DNA of 64,000 nt from Candidatus Marinacidobacterales bacterium (GCA_965237955.1 OZ250169.1:2592001-2656000), one strand, 5' to 3'; shown: positions 21,713-31,546, counted from the stretch's first letter. A program made the numbers and translations. Notes: generated from the sequence alone by a model not told the origin.

Positions 21713-22910
21713 GATCCCTGGGGCGATAGGGGACATCCTGCCGCCGGGCGTTGCGTTAACGTCCAACCTCGCTGTCATCTTCACGCTGAACCAATACAGA
21801 AGGACCCGACGGATGCGAGCCAGGCTCAGGCGCGGGGGTGAGGATGGTGGCGTCGAGCTTTCCGATGCCGGTCAAGGTCGTGTCCGCGCCCGCGCCGGCA
21901 GTCGCCTCTTTGCGAATCGCACGAAGATGCTCGCGGAGGGCGTTGCCGTCCGCGAAGCGTCCATCGGGATTCGGGTCGAGAGCACGATCGACCATGGCGA
22001 CGATAGGCGACGGCAGATGCGTGTATTGAGACAGTGGCTCCCGCTCGCCCTGAACGACTTTGAACATCGTTGCGTGCATCGACTCGGCGCTGAAGGGTTT
22101 CTTTCTCGTGAGCAGCTCGTAGAAAACAGCGCCGAGCGAAAAGATGTCGGAGCGCGGATCGACTTTCTCGCCCTGGACCTGCTCGGGCGACATGTAGTTG
22201 GGCGTCCCCATGATGTGCCCGGTCTTCGTCATGTCGGATGACTCTTCGCGGACGAGCCCGAAGTCCAGAATCTTGATCTGACCTTTCTTCGTGACGTGGA
22301 GGTTGGCGGGCTTGAGGTCACGATGTACCATGCCGGCCTCATGGGCAAAGCCGAGACCGTCAGCGATCTGCTCCATGTAGGTGAGAATCTGATCGACGGT
22401 GAGGGCCGAGCCACTCTTGATGACCTCCTTGAGGTCCTGGCCGTCGAGAAGCTCCATCACGATGTAGAGGTTGCCCTCTTCTTCGACGAAGTCGTAAATC
22501 GTGATGATGTTGGGGTGGTTGAGCTGCGCCGCCATCCTCGCTTCGCGGCGGAACCGCTCGACCAGATCCGCATCGGTGTCGAGGCTCTCGGCGATGACTT
22601 TGATCGCCACATAGCGGTTGAGGACCGGATCGTGGCCTTTGTAGACCTCTCCCATCGCGCCCTTGCTGAGCTTGCCGACGATATTGTATTTCCCTAATTT
22701 CTCGGGCTGCTTCGCCATGGGGGCGCCCCTTCGCCGCGGATGACGGCCACACCAGGAACAGACAAAAATCTTAAGGTGTTTCGACCGTTGATTGAACAGT
22801 CTAGCATGCGTTTTCGTAAGCGAACAACCTCACATCGCGGCTGGGCGTTGACCACAGGGGCAGGGGAACATTCGCCCGAGGGCGCGCCCCGAAGTTGTTA
22901 TCCTGTTCCC

Positions 22911-23825
22911 ATGGCGACAGCGTGCCCCTCGTGCACTCGTCCGAACGGCGACAACGCAACGAAGTGCCTCTATTGTTCCGAACCGCTCCCCCCGGCGCCG
23001 CCTCCGGCAGCCGAGGTGGATGAGAGCTCCAACCTCGCCCCTTTGCCGGTGTCCGAGGTCGATTGGCATCTGATCATCCTCATACCGAGCGGCCCTCCCG
23101 ACGATGGAATGGTCGAAAGTCTTGCCGATGTTGCGGGCGTGTCTCGCTACGACGCTCGGCTGAGCTTGACGTCGGTGAGACCCCGCGTCTTGCGCCGCAT
23201 GGAAGGCGATCTGTTCGCGCGTGGTCTTTCGGAGCAGCTCAAAGCGTCGCGCATTCCGCACTATGTCGTTTCCGAGCAATCGATCCTTACACTCCTAGTA
23301 TCCCAAGCGCAGAGGGCAGAGCTCAAACAGCGCGAGCTCGAAGTGAGCTTGGAGGGAAGAACTCTGTCGATTCCGTACGAGGACATCTTGCTCTTCGTCC
23401 GCGGTGAGATCACGCGTGAGAATCACAATGAGAGAAAGCTTGCTACCGCCAAGGGAGCCAACCGGAGCCTTTCTCCGGGCCTTCTCCTTCATCTTTATGA
23501 TACGGAGGCGTCGGTGGCGGTGGAAATCGACCCCGAGAGTTTCACCTGGCCGAATTTCGGCCACGAGCCGACGCGCTCGGCCCTCCTGAACCTCGAGCAC
23601 TTTCTCGACGCCGTCGAAGACAAGTCACCGGGCGTCGTCGTCGATCGGGGATTCGATCTCGAGACTCCGGTCTTGTCGCGGGCCGGCGACGGTTCTGACT
23701 TCGCTCAGATCCTCTCGGGCCGCGGTGCCCCCGGCGGGGTGCTCTTCGACAACGAAGACCAGTTCCGGTTCTACGCGCGCTGGCGCTACCGCCTGGAGTG
23801 GCATCTGAGGCAAGCCTCCTGCTGA
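22911..23825 (+). CDS. Hypothetical protein with N-terminal zinc ribbon
   Basis: CPSC-x10-CLYC at the N-terminus; long ORF divergent from the kinase. Confidence 0.75.
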   Translation: MATACPSCTRPNGDNATKCLYCSEPLPPAPPPAAEVDESSNLAPLPVSEVDWHLIILIPSGPPDDGMVESLADVAGVSRYDARLSLTSVRPRVLRRMEGDLFARGLSEQLKASRIPHYVVSEQSILTLLVSQAQRAELKQRELEVSLEGRTLSIPYEDILLFVRGEITRENHNERKLATAKGANRSLSPGLLLHLYDTEASVAVEIDPESFTWPNFGHEPTRSALLNLEHFLDAVEDKSPGVVVDRGFDLETPVLSRAGDGSDFAQILSGRGAPGGVLFDNEDQFRFYARWRYRLEWHLRQASC

Positions 23826-23969
23826 AGCAAGTAAGAGTTACACGAGCGCGTAATTTCTGCCTCGCCAGCGTATTCTCAAAGCCGCAGTCCAACTCGTCAA
23901 GGTGTTGATATGAATCGAATTGCAGCGATTTTCCGTAGATGGCAGCCGTCTTGCTATTACAGTCCTTCG

Positions 23970-24192
23970 ATGAGACGACTGGTTTGGGGACTTCTCACGA
24001 TTCACCTGTTCTCGGTCGGCCCGGCGTTTTCACAAGCTGAGGGCAACGGCGAGAACCTGCCCCGTTTTCGTTTCAATACCTCGGTCGACGCCGTCCACCT
24101 CAGCGTCTCGGTCGTCACCAAGAAAGGCAAGCTCGTCACCGACCTCGAGCAGAGCGATTTTTGGGTGCTCGAGAACGACGTGATCCAGGACA
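23970..24192 (+). pseudogene. N-terminal fragment of an exported VWA-domain protein
   Basis: Signal peptide then FRFNTSVDAVHLSVSVVTKKGKLVTDLEQSDFWVLENDVIQD, typical of VWA-protein N-termini; no MIDAS domain follows. Confidence 0.7.
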
Positions 24193-24349
24193 AGCGGAAG
24201 CGGTACGCGACTATCTCTACCAGGCTCACGGCATTCCGCTCCATCGGGTCGCGGTGTATAGCTTTGGTGAAGAGCAGCCGGTGGCGGACAACACGTCCCG
24301 CGAGGGTCGTGCACGAAACCGCCGCGTGGTGGTGAAAGTATTGGAATAG
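24193..24349 (+). pseudogene. C-terminal fragment of an OmpA/Pal-family peptidoglycan-binding protein
   Basis: AEAVRDYL...SFGEEQPVADNTSREGRARNRRV; no matching 5' part. Confidence 0.85.
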
Positions 24350-24384
24350 AAGAGACTCCCCAGCTCGGCAACGGGCTAGTGGAG

Positions 24385-24434
24385 CCCGGCAGACCCCTAT
24401 TCCGGCGCGCGGGGGTCTGCCGGGTTAGTTTTTT
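24385..24434 (+). terminator. Rho-independent terminator
   Basis: 13-bp stem CCCGGCAGACCCC/GGGGTCTGCCGGG followed by TTAGTTTTTT. Confidence 0.8.
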
Positions 24435-24476
24435 CCAGCATCCAGCATCCAGCCTTGTGCTGATGGCCGATGGCCG
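24435..24476. repeat. Heptamer repeats in inverted arrangement
   Basis: (CCAGCAT)n followed by GCTGATG GCCGATG GCCG. Confidence 0.65.
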
Positions 24477-24571
24477 CCGAGCGAGGGCTTACCGTCCCAC
24501 CCCGCCCTCGCTTCCCGCTACAATGGAATAAATCACCGGTTCCCCGGTAACTCTTGCAAGGAGGAAAAGGC

Positions 24572-25189
24572 TTGGGCAGTCCAGCCCGTGCCCGGAATTG
24601 GGAAAGCTCGAGCGAGGCCGATCGAGACCTCGTCGTGCGCGCGCGAGCGGGTGACGAGGGTGCGTTTGCCGAGATCGTGCGCGGATACCAGCGACGGGTG
24701 TACGGTGTTGCGATGAGGATGACGCGACGGCACGAGGTGGCTGATGATATCGCTCAGGATACGTTCATACGGGCCTACCGCAGTCTGGCTCGATTCGAAT
24801 TGGGACGTCCTCTGGGGCCGTGGCTCGTAAAAATCGCCGTGAATCTCTCGATTAACTACCTGAACGGTGCCGCGCGTCGCGAGCAATCGCTCTACAGCGA
24901 GGACACTCCGGACGGCCCGGTGAGCCCGGCGGCGAGCCCGGACCCGAGCCGGGAGCCTCTGGAGTCGAACCCGATGCGGCGGTTGCTGTCCAGCGAGTTC
25001 GCATGTGCGCTCTCGGGCGCGCTCGATAAGCTCAGCCCGGAGCATCGCGCGGTGTTCTTGTTGAAAGTCGACGAGGGGCTCCGGTATGACGAAATCGCGG
25101 AGACGCTCGGCATCTCTCGCGGTACGGTCATGTCGCGGCTGTTCCGCGCCCGGGCGCGTTTGAAGACCTTGCTCGAGGTTTACCGATGA
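24572..25189 (+). CDS. ECF sigma-70 family RNA polymerase sigma factor
   Basis: AGGAGG RBS then TTG; region 2 (DDIAQDTFIRAY, WLVKIAVN) and region 4 (YDEIAETLGISRGTVMSRLFRAR). Confidence 0.94.
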   Translation: MGSPARARNWESSSEADRDLVVRARAGDEGAFAEIVRGYQRRVYGVAMRMTRRHEVADDIAQDTFIRAYRSLARFELGRPLGPWLVKIAVNLSINYLNGAARREQSLYSEDTPDGPVSPAASPDPSREPLESNPMRRLLSSEFACALSGALDKLSPEHRAVFLLKVDEGLRYDEIAETLGISRGTVMSRLFRARARLKTLLEVYR

Positions 25190-26304
25190 CGTGTGACCAA
25201 GCGATTCGGCTCGTCGAAAAGCTCGCCGACGGTGAAGCGAAACCGAGCGAGCGGACCGAAGCGGAGTCACATCTCGAAAGCTGCGCGGACTGCCGCTCGC
25301 ACTACCAATTCGTGCGCGCGCTCGAGTCGGCGTCAGAGAAAATCGATTGGCCGGAGCCGCCCGAAGCCTACTGGCAGCATTTTCCGTCGAAAGTGCTCGC
25401 ACGGCTCGAGCGCGACGAGCCCGCCCGAAGCGTTTGGCAGAAGCTCTTGTCGCCGCCGGTACTTCGTTTTGGCGCCGTGGCCGCAACGCTCATGGTCGTC
25501 GTCGCCGTTGGCTTCAGCGTGCTCGAGAACGATCAACTGCAGCCGGAACCGAAGTTGGCACAGACACCTCCTGGCGCGGGTAAGCAACCAGTCGACGAGG
25601 AAGCGGCGGGGGTTTCCGGTGAGCCCGGGCCGTTGGCAGATAAGGCACCCGCGCTTGCCGTGGACTCGGCCCCGGTGGCGCCCGAGGAGAGTGGTCGAGT
25701 CGAATCGGCTCGTAGTAGCACTCGGAGGCGCCCCGAATCACTCAACGACTCACTCGACGTCGCACCAGTGCCGCTACCGACCTTGTCGGCGGAAGAAGAC
25801 GAGCTCGCCGAGCTCGAACGCCCCGCGGACGTCAAAAACCCCGACGGGCTCGCGGGGGGCGTCGCCGAACAGAGTTTTGAAGACGCCCCCGCGGCGGCCT
25901 CGCCGCGCGCCCGCGACAACCGCATGCTCCGTACGCTCGCGGAGGCTCCGGCCGAGCCGGGTAAGGCCATGGTCGCAACCGAGGAAGCGACGAACGCCGA
26001 GATCGCGCCTGTCGAAGCGTCCGTCGAACTGGCGCGCAAGCAAGCTCCCGCGCGCGCGCTGTCGTCGGTGACAAACCGCTGTGCCGAGTGGCGTGACTAT
26101 CTAGCTGAAAACGGCGATGAAGGCAGCGATTCTCTCGAGGCGCGGTACCAAGTGGCGTTGTGCTCCCTCGAGCGCTACGCGTCGGAGCCAAGCGATGAAG
26201 CTCGGGCGGCAGCAGAGCGAGACGTCGAAGCGTTACTTGCGATGGAGAGTGATGGCGAGCGGGCGGATGATGTTCGTGCGCGAGCTCAACAGCTAAAGCG
26301 TTGA
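25186..26304 (+). CDS. Zinc-binding (ZAS) transmembrane anti-sigma factor
   Basis: HLESCADC (HxxxCxxC), one TM, low-complexity periplasmic part; ATGA-coupled to the sigma gene. Confidence 0.88.
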   Translation: MTCDQAIRLVEKLADGEAKPSERTEAESHLESCADCRSHYQFVRALESASEKIDWPEPPEAYWQHFPSKVLARLERDEPARSVWQKLLSPPVLRFGAVAATLMVVVAVGFSVLENDQLQPEPKLAQTPPGAGKQPVDEEAAGVSGEPGPLADKAPALAVDSAPVAPEESGRVESARSSTRRRPESLNDSLDVAPVPLPTLSAEEDELAELERPADVKNPDGLAGGVAEQSFEDAPAAASPRARDNRMLRTLAEAPAEPGKAMVATEEATNAEIAPVEASVELARKQAPARALSSVTNRCAEWRDYLAENGDEGSDSLEARYQVALCSLERYASEPSDEARAAAERDVEALLAMESDGERADDVRARAQQLKR

Positions 26305-26306
26305 GA

Positions 26307-26432
26307 CCCCTGCCCCTGCCTCTGCCCGGCCCCGTTCCAACTTGCTCCGAAGCTGTCGAAAGCGGAAACGGTGCCAGAACTGCAGCTCGCGTGCCGGTTT
26401 GAGGCGGGGATGGGCAGGGGCAAAGGCAGGGG
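26307..26432. repeat. Inverted repeat built from 6-nt CCCCTG/CAGGGG units
   Basis: Arms 26307-26334 and 26405-26432 between convergent genes. Confidence 0.7.
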
Positions 26433-26449
26433 AAAACGTTTTGCGGGGG

Positions 26450-27460
26450 CTACGAGACGTCCATCTCGATCTTGTACACCGAGCTCGCGCCCGCGAGCAC
26501 CATCCCGCCGCCGCCGTCGAACGCGATGCCGACGAGGGGAGGCGAGGCGACGATGCGCTCGGCAGTTCTCTCGGGCCCGATCCGGTAAACCCCGCTATCC
26601 CCGACGAGTCCCTCTGTGACGTACAGCGTTCCCTCGCTGTCGAACGCCATGCCTTGCGGTCGACCGAAACCGCCGCAATACACTTCGACTTCGGCGTCGA
26701 CCCCAATGCGGTAGATCGGATCGACCGGCGAAAGGCTCGGCGCGGAGACGAAGAGATTCCCTTGGGAGTCGAACGCGAGATGGTACGCGGCGACCGAAGG
26801 TTCCAAACGGCAGAACGAGCGCGGCTCGCCGTTCGGTTCGATACGAAAGATCGTTCCCCGGCGATCGCCGACGTACAAGATCCCTTCGGGATCGAAAGCG
26901 ATCCCTGTCGCCGTGCCGAGCTCATCCGCGTAGAGCTCGACTTCGCGGTTGGCGCCGACGCGGTACACGGCACCATCTTCGCGACTCGAAACGTAGAGAC
27001 AGTCGTCTGGTCCCCAGGCAAGTCCTGTCGCGTTGAGGATCTCGCCCGAGTAAGGCGCGACGTCGCCATCGATGACGACGCGATAGACCGACACCGGTAC
27101 TTTCTCGCCGCGGCTACCGCTCAACGTGACGTAGAGACGACCTTCACGATCGAACACCGGGTTCGCCACGGGTTGCAGTTGCTCGGCAATCGTGTGGGCG
27201 ACGGAAACGTGATGCGGCGTGCTCGAGCCACCGTCGATCTCGACGCGGACGTCGGACATTTCCGAGAGGGCGTCCTCGGGCACAATGGCCGCGATGGTAT
27301 CGCTCGACACTCGGGTGACCTGCGCTCGGTGGTCACCGAAGAACACGCGATGGGCGTGCGCTCGCTCGGGCTCGAAACCGTCTCCGCGGATCGCCACGCG
27401 GCCTCCGGGAACGACGTAGGGGGGATCGATCTCCCGAACTTGCGGTGGGCGTACGCTCAC
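26450..27460 (-). CDS. IPT/TIG domain plus beta-propeller (SMP-30/NHL-like) protein
   Basis: N-terminal PGGRVAIRGDGF; repeated GLAW/GIAFD/GMAFD..G.LYV blades. Confidence 0.82.
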   Translation of the reverse strand: MSVRPPQVREIDPPYVVPGGRVAIRGDGFEPERAHAHRVFFGDHRAQVTRVSSDTIAAIVPEDALSEMSDVRVEIDGGSSTPHHVSVAHTIAEQLQPVANPVFDREGRLYVTLSGSRGEKVPVSVYRVVIDGDVAPYSGEILNATGLAWGPDDCLYVSSREDGAVYRVGANREVELYADELGTATGIAFDPEGILYVGDRRGTIFRIEPNGEPRSFCRLEPSVAAYHLAFDSQGNLFVSAPSLSPVDPIYRIGVDAEVEVYCGGFGRPQGMAFDSEGTLYVTEGLVGDSGVYRIGPERTAERIVASPPLVGIAFDGGGGMVLAGASSVYKIEMDVS

Positions 27461-27496
27461 TTCGGTGGTTCCGTTTGGGCAGTTGCGGCCATCATA

Positions 27497-28612
27497 TTAC
27501 TCCTCGAGCTCGATGAGCCCCTGGTCGAGCAACCTCTTGAAGATGATCAGAACTTCCTGTTCAGCCATCGGACAGATTTTGGTGATGGACGCGACGTCCC
27601 AGTCGCCGTTCACTCGCGACACCACGAAACCCTCCTGGGGATCGAGATCGAGTCCTGACAACTCGACCAGCGTAACCTTGAGATGCGGCACCGCCTCCGG
27701 CGAAATCTCCGAGACTTTCTGCAAGTCCTCGAGGATGCGCTGGATCTTGAGCGTGAACAGACGTGCGTACTTGTTTTGGGTGTCGACTTCGAGAGCACCT
27801 TCGAACGCGGCGAGGGCGTTCTCGTAGTCGCCGGCGTTGTACAAGCTCACGCCGGTATCGAGCTTGTCGCGAAGCTCGGTGACCTGCTGATCGAAGTCCA
27901 TCTCCTCAGGAGACTCTTTGACGACAACGAGCTTCCTTTCGTGCAGATCGAGAAGCCTCGACGCGGCGTAGAACTCGACGGCGTGAAGCTCGAGCGAGAT
28001 CTCCGCCAGGTTCTTCCCGCGGGCTACGAGCTCGAGGACGCGGCGGTCTTCCTCGCTGACATCGGGGGCTTCCTCTAGCGTGTCGTGATTGACCTCGAAC
28101 GTTGCCAGCCGTGAGGGGAAGACCTCGTGAATACGCTGCCATTCGTCGGTGCGGCGCGCGCCCTCGAGGATGACGCCGGTCAGATCCAGGGGTAGCGAGA
28201 CCGGGATTGTTTCGGGAAGGGTGTCGTTGTCGAACGTGAATTCTCCATCCTTCCACAGGAAGCAATCGTAGATGGCTTCTTCGGTTTTGAGCCTCAAAAG
28301 CTCCTCGAGCACGTCTTCGGTGATGACTTCCGAGGCAACGAGAATCTGTCCCAATGGACGGTTCGAGCGATCCTGCTCGATGAGCGCCTTGAACAGTTCC
28401 TCTTCGGTAATGTGGCCGGATCGGATCAGGAACTGGCCCAGGGTTTCGCGCGGACTGCTCAAGACCGACGAGAACAGGCGACCGTCCTTGAAAAACAGCT
28501 GCTTCTCGATCGGGCCGCGCTTGACGTGGAGCGTTCCCGTCTTGAGGTTGGTCCCACACCACTGCAGCAGATCTCCCAGCTGCATCGTGGCGAGGCTTCC
28601 GGAGAGACTCAT
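27497..28612 (-). CDS. DUF4388 (PATAN-like) domain protein with TPR
   Basis: LSGSLATMQLGDLLQW...KTGTL, LGQFLIRSG, W.DGEF.F, EGARRTDEW; TPR-like segment; LDPQEGFVVSRVNG C-terminal domain. Confidence 0.85.
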   Translation of the reverse strand: MSLSGSLATMQLGDLLQWCGTNLKTGTLHVKRGPIEKQLFFKDGRLFSSVLSSPRETLGQFLIRSGHITEEELFKALIEQDRSNRPLGQILVASEVITEDVLEELLRLKTEEAIYDCFLWKDGEFTFDNDTLPETIPVSLPLDLTGVILEGARRTDEWQRIHEVFPSRLATFEVNHDTLEEAPDVSEEDRRVLELVARGKNLAEISLELHAVEFYAASRLLDLHERKLVVVKESPEEMDFDQQVTELRDKLDTGVSLYNAGDYENALAAFEGALEVDTQNKYARLFTLKIQRILEDLQKVSEISPEAVPHLKVTLVELSGLDLDPQEGFVVSRVNGDWDVASITKICPMAEQEVLIIFKRLLDQGLIELEE

Positions 28613-28670
28613 CGATTCGAATGGAGCTTCGCGCGCGCTCCCGCGCTGGGTCTTGGGGACCGCGGGTGGA

Positions 28671-29186
28671 TCAACTCGCCCAGTACAGGAAGTCGCGCCA
28701 GCTCTTGGGCACTTCGGCCATGCCGTATGTGATCGCGTGAGCGGGAAGATAGGTCGGTCGCTTCGGTCGCCGCACCAGTGTCAGTCCAGCTTCTCGCGGA
28801 GTCTTTCCGCCTTTCTTGCGGTTGCACTCGATACAGCAGGTGACGATGTTCTCCCACACTTTGCGACCGCCCTTGGAAACCGGGACGACGTGATCGAACG
28901 TCAGCTCCGAAGCTTGAAACCGTTCGGCGCAATACTGACATCGGTATTTGTCTCGAAGATAGATGTTCGACCGAGAAAACGGAACCTGGTGAAATCGACG
29001 AGTCACCCGCACGCGCCGGAGAAGCCTCAATACCGACGGAAGCTCCAGAGTAATGCGCACTCCCCTGATCCTTCGATCGTACGAAGCGATCACCTCCACT
29101 TTGCCTGTGAAGAGCAACACCACCGCTTTTTGCCAGGTGATGACACGTAGCGGCTCATAGCTGGCGTTCAGCAAGAGGCTACGCAT
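28671..29186 (-). CDS. HNH endonuclease
   Basis: LLLNASYEPL, RDKYRCQYC, TFDHVVPVSKGG, NIVTCCIECNRKKG. Confidence 0.93.
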   Translation of the reverse strand: MRSLLLNASYEPLRVITWQKAVVLLFTGKVEVIASYDRRIRGVRITLELPSVLRLLRRVRVTRRFHQVPFSRSNIYLRDKYRCQYCAERFQASELTFDHVVPVSKGGRKVWENIVTCCIECNRKKGGKTPREAGLTLVRRPKRPTYLPAHAITYGMAEVPKSWRDFLYWAS

Positions 29187-29396
29187 CAGGAAGACGCTCC
29201 GAACCGTCCGGGGACACGACGCACTTCTGTGCACGTCGACGAAGAAGCTCGGAGTTGCTCCCGCGGATGCGCTTCGTTAGTGGCTTGCCTGGCTGGGATG
29301 ACCCTCCGAATGCACGGGATAAACCCGTAAACTCATATTTTAGTATATGTTCCGCCAAAGTCGTTGCGTTGTCAAACGCGAGAGGAGGAAACTTCG

Positions 29397-29876
29397 ATGC
29401 AGATTTCGATCGCAGTCGTCGGTGCGTCGCAACCGAGTGACGTGGCTTCCGAGCAGGCTGTCGCGGTGGGTGCGGCGGTGGCCGCTGCGGGCGCCACGCT
29501 CGTCACCGGCGGCCTCGGAGGGATCATGGAGGCGGCGTGTAGAGGCGCGCGCGGACGGGGCGGGCTGACCGTCGGGATCTTGCCGGGCACGTCGAAGGAG
29601 GATGCGAACCCGTACGTTGACTGCGCTGTGCCTACGGGGCTTGGGGATTTTCGGAACTATCTCGTCGTGGCGGCGGCCGATGCAGTCATTGCGCTCGAGG
29701 GTCGTTTCGGGACGTTGTCCGAGATTGCGATGGCGTTGACGCTTGGTAAGCGCGTGGTCGGTCTTGGGACTTGGGAGATTGAGGGGGTTCGCACCGCGCG
29801 GGATCCCGAGGGCGCCGTGCGCCTTGCTCTCGAAGCCGCTCGGGCGGGGGGTGAGAGGTTCCGAGGTTTAAGTTAG
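29397..29876 (+). CDS. TIGR00725 / LOG-like Rossmann-fold nucleotide-binding protein
   Basis: TGGLGGIMEAACRGA, VGILPG, RN, GTLSEIA; GAGGAGG RBS. Confidence 0.9.
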   Translation: MQISIAVVGASQPSDVASEQAVAVGAAVAAAGATLVTGGLGGIMEAACRGARGRGGLTVGILPGTSKEDANPYVDCAVPTGLGDFRNYLVVAAADAVIALEGRFGTLSEIAMALTLGKRVVGLGTWEIEGVRTARDPEGAVRLALEAARAGGERFRGLS

Positions 29877-29911
29877 GTTTGATCGGGGACGGGCACGGGC
29901 AGGGGGAGCTA

Positions 29912-31094
29912 GTCCCATGGAACAGAAAAAGCTAGACAACACCGGCCCTTCTGTGATCTGCTAAATGCATGAAACACAAGGGCCGGCGAAAAGCCGAATT
30001 GAAGCTGTCGTCTCAAGAAAGCGAAGCGCTGACGCGACTGGCGCGACGCAGCCGTAGTTCGCCGCACCAAGCCTTCCGAGCGAAGATCGTGCTGGATTGC
30101 GCGGCGGGTCTGACGAATATGGAAGTTGCTAGGAAGATGCACACCATGAGGAGCACGGTGGGCAAGTGGCGAAGACGCTTTGTAGAACAACGAATGGAAG
30201 GGTTGTACGACGAACCTCGGCCGGGAGCGGCTCGCAAAATCGGCGATGACCAGATCGAGGAAGTCGTGACCAAGACGCTGGCGACGACTCCAAAGGGGAG
30301 AACCCATTGGAGTACGCGCTCGATGGCCAAGCATCTTGGGCTGAGTCATTCGACGATTGGACGTATTTGGCGAACGTTCGGGCTTCAACCGCACCGCTCG
30401 GAATCGTTTCGTCTCTCGCAAGACCCACAACTGGTCGAAAAAGTACGCGACGTTGTTGGCCTGTATATGAACCCACCGGATAACGCGGTCGTCCTGTGCG
30501 TCGACGAGAAATCGCAGATTCAAGCGCTCGAGCGTGCTCAACCTGTCCTGCCCATGAGCTTGGGCCAGCCCGAGCGACAAACCCACGACTATATTCGGCA
30601 TGGAACGACTGACCTGTTTGCCGCACTCGACGCCGCAACAGGTGAAGTCTTCGGAAAGTGCTACGCGCGACATCGAGCGCTAGAGTTCAAGAAGTTCCTC
30701 GCTGAGATCGAAGCAGCCGTTCCCAGCGAGTTGGACATCCACGTCGTGCTCGACAATCTCGCCACGCACAAGACACCGGCGATCAAACGCTGGCTTTCCA
30801 AGCGACCTCGGTTCCACTTTCACTTCACACCGACACACGCCTCTTGGCTCAACTTCGCTGAGCGCTTCTTTGGCTTGCTCACCGAACACGCCTTGCGACG
30901 AGGCTCGCACACGAGCGTGCCTCAGCTCCGCGTTGCGATACAAGACTATCTCGATGCTCACAACGAGAACCCAAAGCCGTTCAAGTGGACGAAATCCGCC
31001 GACCAAATCCTCGAAACCATCGCTCGGTTCGCCCAGCGAACGCTCGATACACATGGCAAATCGAATTTGGACAGTAATTAAAGATCCAGGGGAC
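29912..31094 (+). mobile_element. IS630-family insertion sequence, copy 1 (1183 bp)
   Basis: Ends GTCCCATGGA...TCCAGGGGAC; TA duplicated within a CTAG context on both sides. Confidence 0.95.
29969..31081 (+). CDS. IS630-family transposase
   Basis: HTH domains, [41 protein letters not shown]. Confidence 0.96.
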   Translation: MKHKGRRKAELKLSSQESEALTRLARRSRSSPHQAFRAKIVLDCAAGLTNMEVARKMHTMRSTVGKWRRRFVEQRMEGLYDEPRPGAARKIGDDQIEEVVTKTLATTPKGRTHWSTRSMAKHLGLSHSTIGRIWRTFGLQPHRSESFRLSQDPQLVEKVRDVVGLYMNPPDNAVVLCVDEKSQIQALERAQPVLPMSLGQPERQTHDYIRHGTTDLFAALDAATGEVFGKCYARHRALEFKKFLAEIEAAVPSELDIHVVLDNLATHKTPAIKRWLSKRPRFHFHFTPTHASWLNFAERFFGLLTEHALRRGSHTSVPQLRVAIQDYLDAHNENPKPFKWTKSADQILETIARFAQRTLDTHGKSNLDSN

Positions 31095-31462
31095 TAGAGG
31101 TACTGGCGGTAGATTGGGTTCGACTGGCAATAGGCCTGGATGGTCCACACGATCACACGGACGTCCTCGACCGCGAGCTTTTTGAAGCGTGCACCGAAGC
31201 CGACCGGAAGCCCGTGGACGGGATGCGTTTGGTGGGTCTGGATCCACGCCACCAAGCTCGGGATCCTGAGCTCGCGCTCGTTTCCCGGCACGCGGAACAT
31301 GACTTCGACCTCTTCGCCGCCGACGGGAAGTTTGTGGGTGGCGACGTAGATCCCGCGAAGCGACAGGTCGAGTAACATCGCCTCGGTATCCCTGCCGGAG
31401 GCGAAGACAGTACAACGGCGGACGAACGGAATACGCAGGGTGGGCGGTGGCTGACTCGTCAC
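31094..31462 (-). CDS. Stand-alone PilZ-domain protein
   Basis: LRIP...DLSLRGIYV...VAW...GFGARF; GTG start inferred; the TAG stop coincides with the IS630 target. Confidence 0.8.
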   Translation of the reverse strand: MTSQPPPTLRIPFVRRCTVFASGRDTEAMLLDLSLRGIYVATHKLPVGGEEVEVMFRVPGNERELRIPSLVAWIQTHQTHPVHGLPVGFGARFKKLAVEDVRVIVWTIQAYCQSNPIYRQYL

Positions 31463-31546
31463 GGTGTGTTTCGAAGGGGGATTTCCAGAGTACCGTTCGT
31501 AATAAAGCCTGTCAATATGGTGGGCGGTGCTACGATAGCCGCGCGC

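Larger units (their letters stand above)
20216..21798 (+). mobile_element. IS3-family insertion sequence (1583 bp)
   Basis: TG...CA ends; IRL TGTTTCGGTTCAGCTGGAACATGACAG vs IRR TGTATTGGTTCAGCGTGAAGATGACAG; 4-bp GAAG duplication at 20212-20215 and 21799-21802. Confidence 0.95.
18813..22718 (-). pseudogene. Membrane Ser/Thr (Hanks-type) protein kinase with helical-repeat and NTF2/SnoaL-like extracytoplasmic region, interrupted by IS3
   Basis: [25 protein letters not shown]; removing 20216-21798 and one GAAG copy restores a 772-aa frame (...HPSGPS|APARSARS...). Confidence 0.92.

Noticed and set aside
28671-29186. HNH protein as a defence system or RNA-guided nuclease
   Set aside because: Small stand-alone HNH with no methylase, RuvC domain or adjacent structured RNA visible
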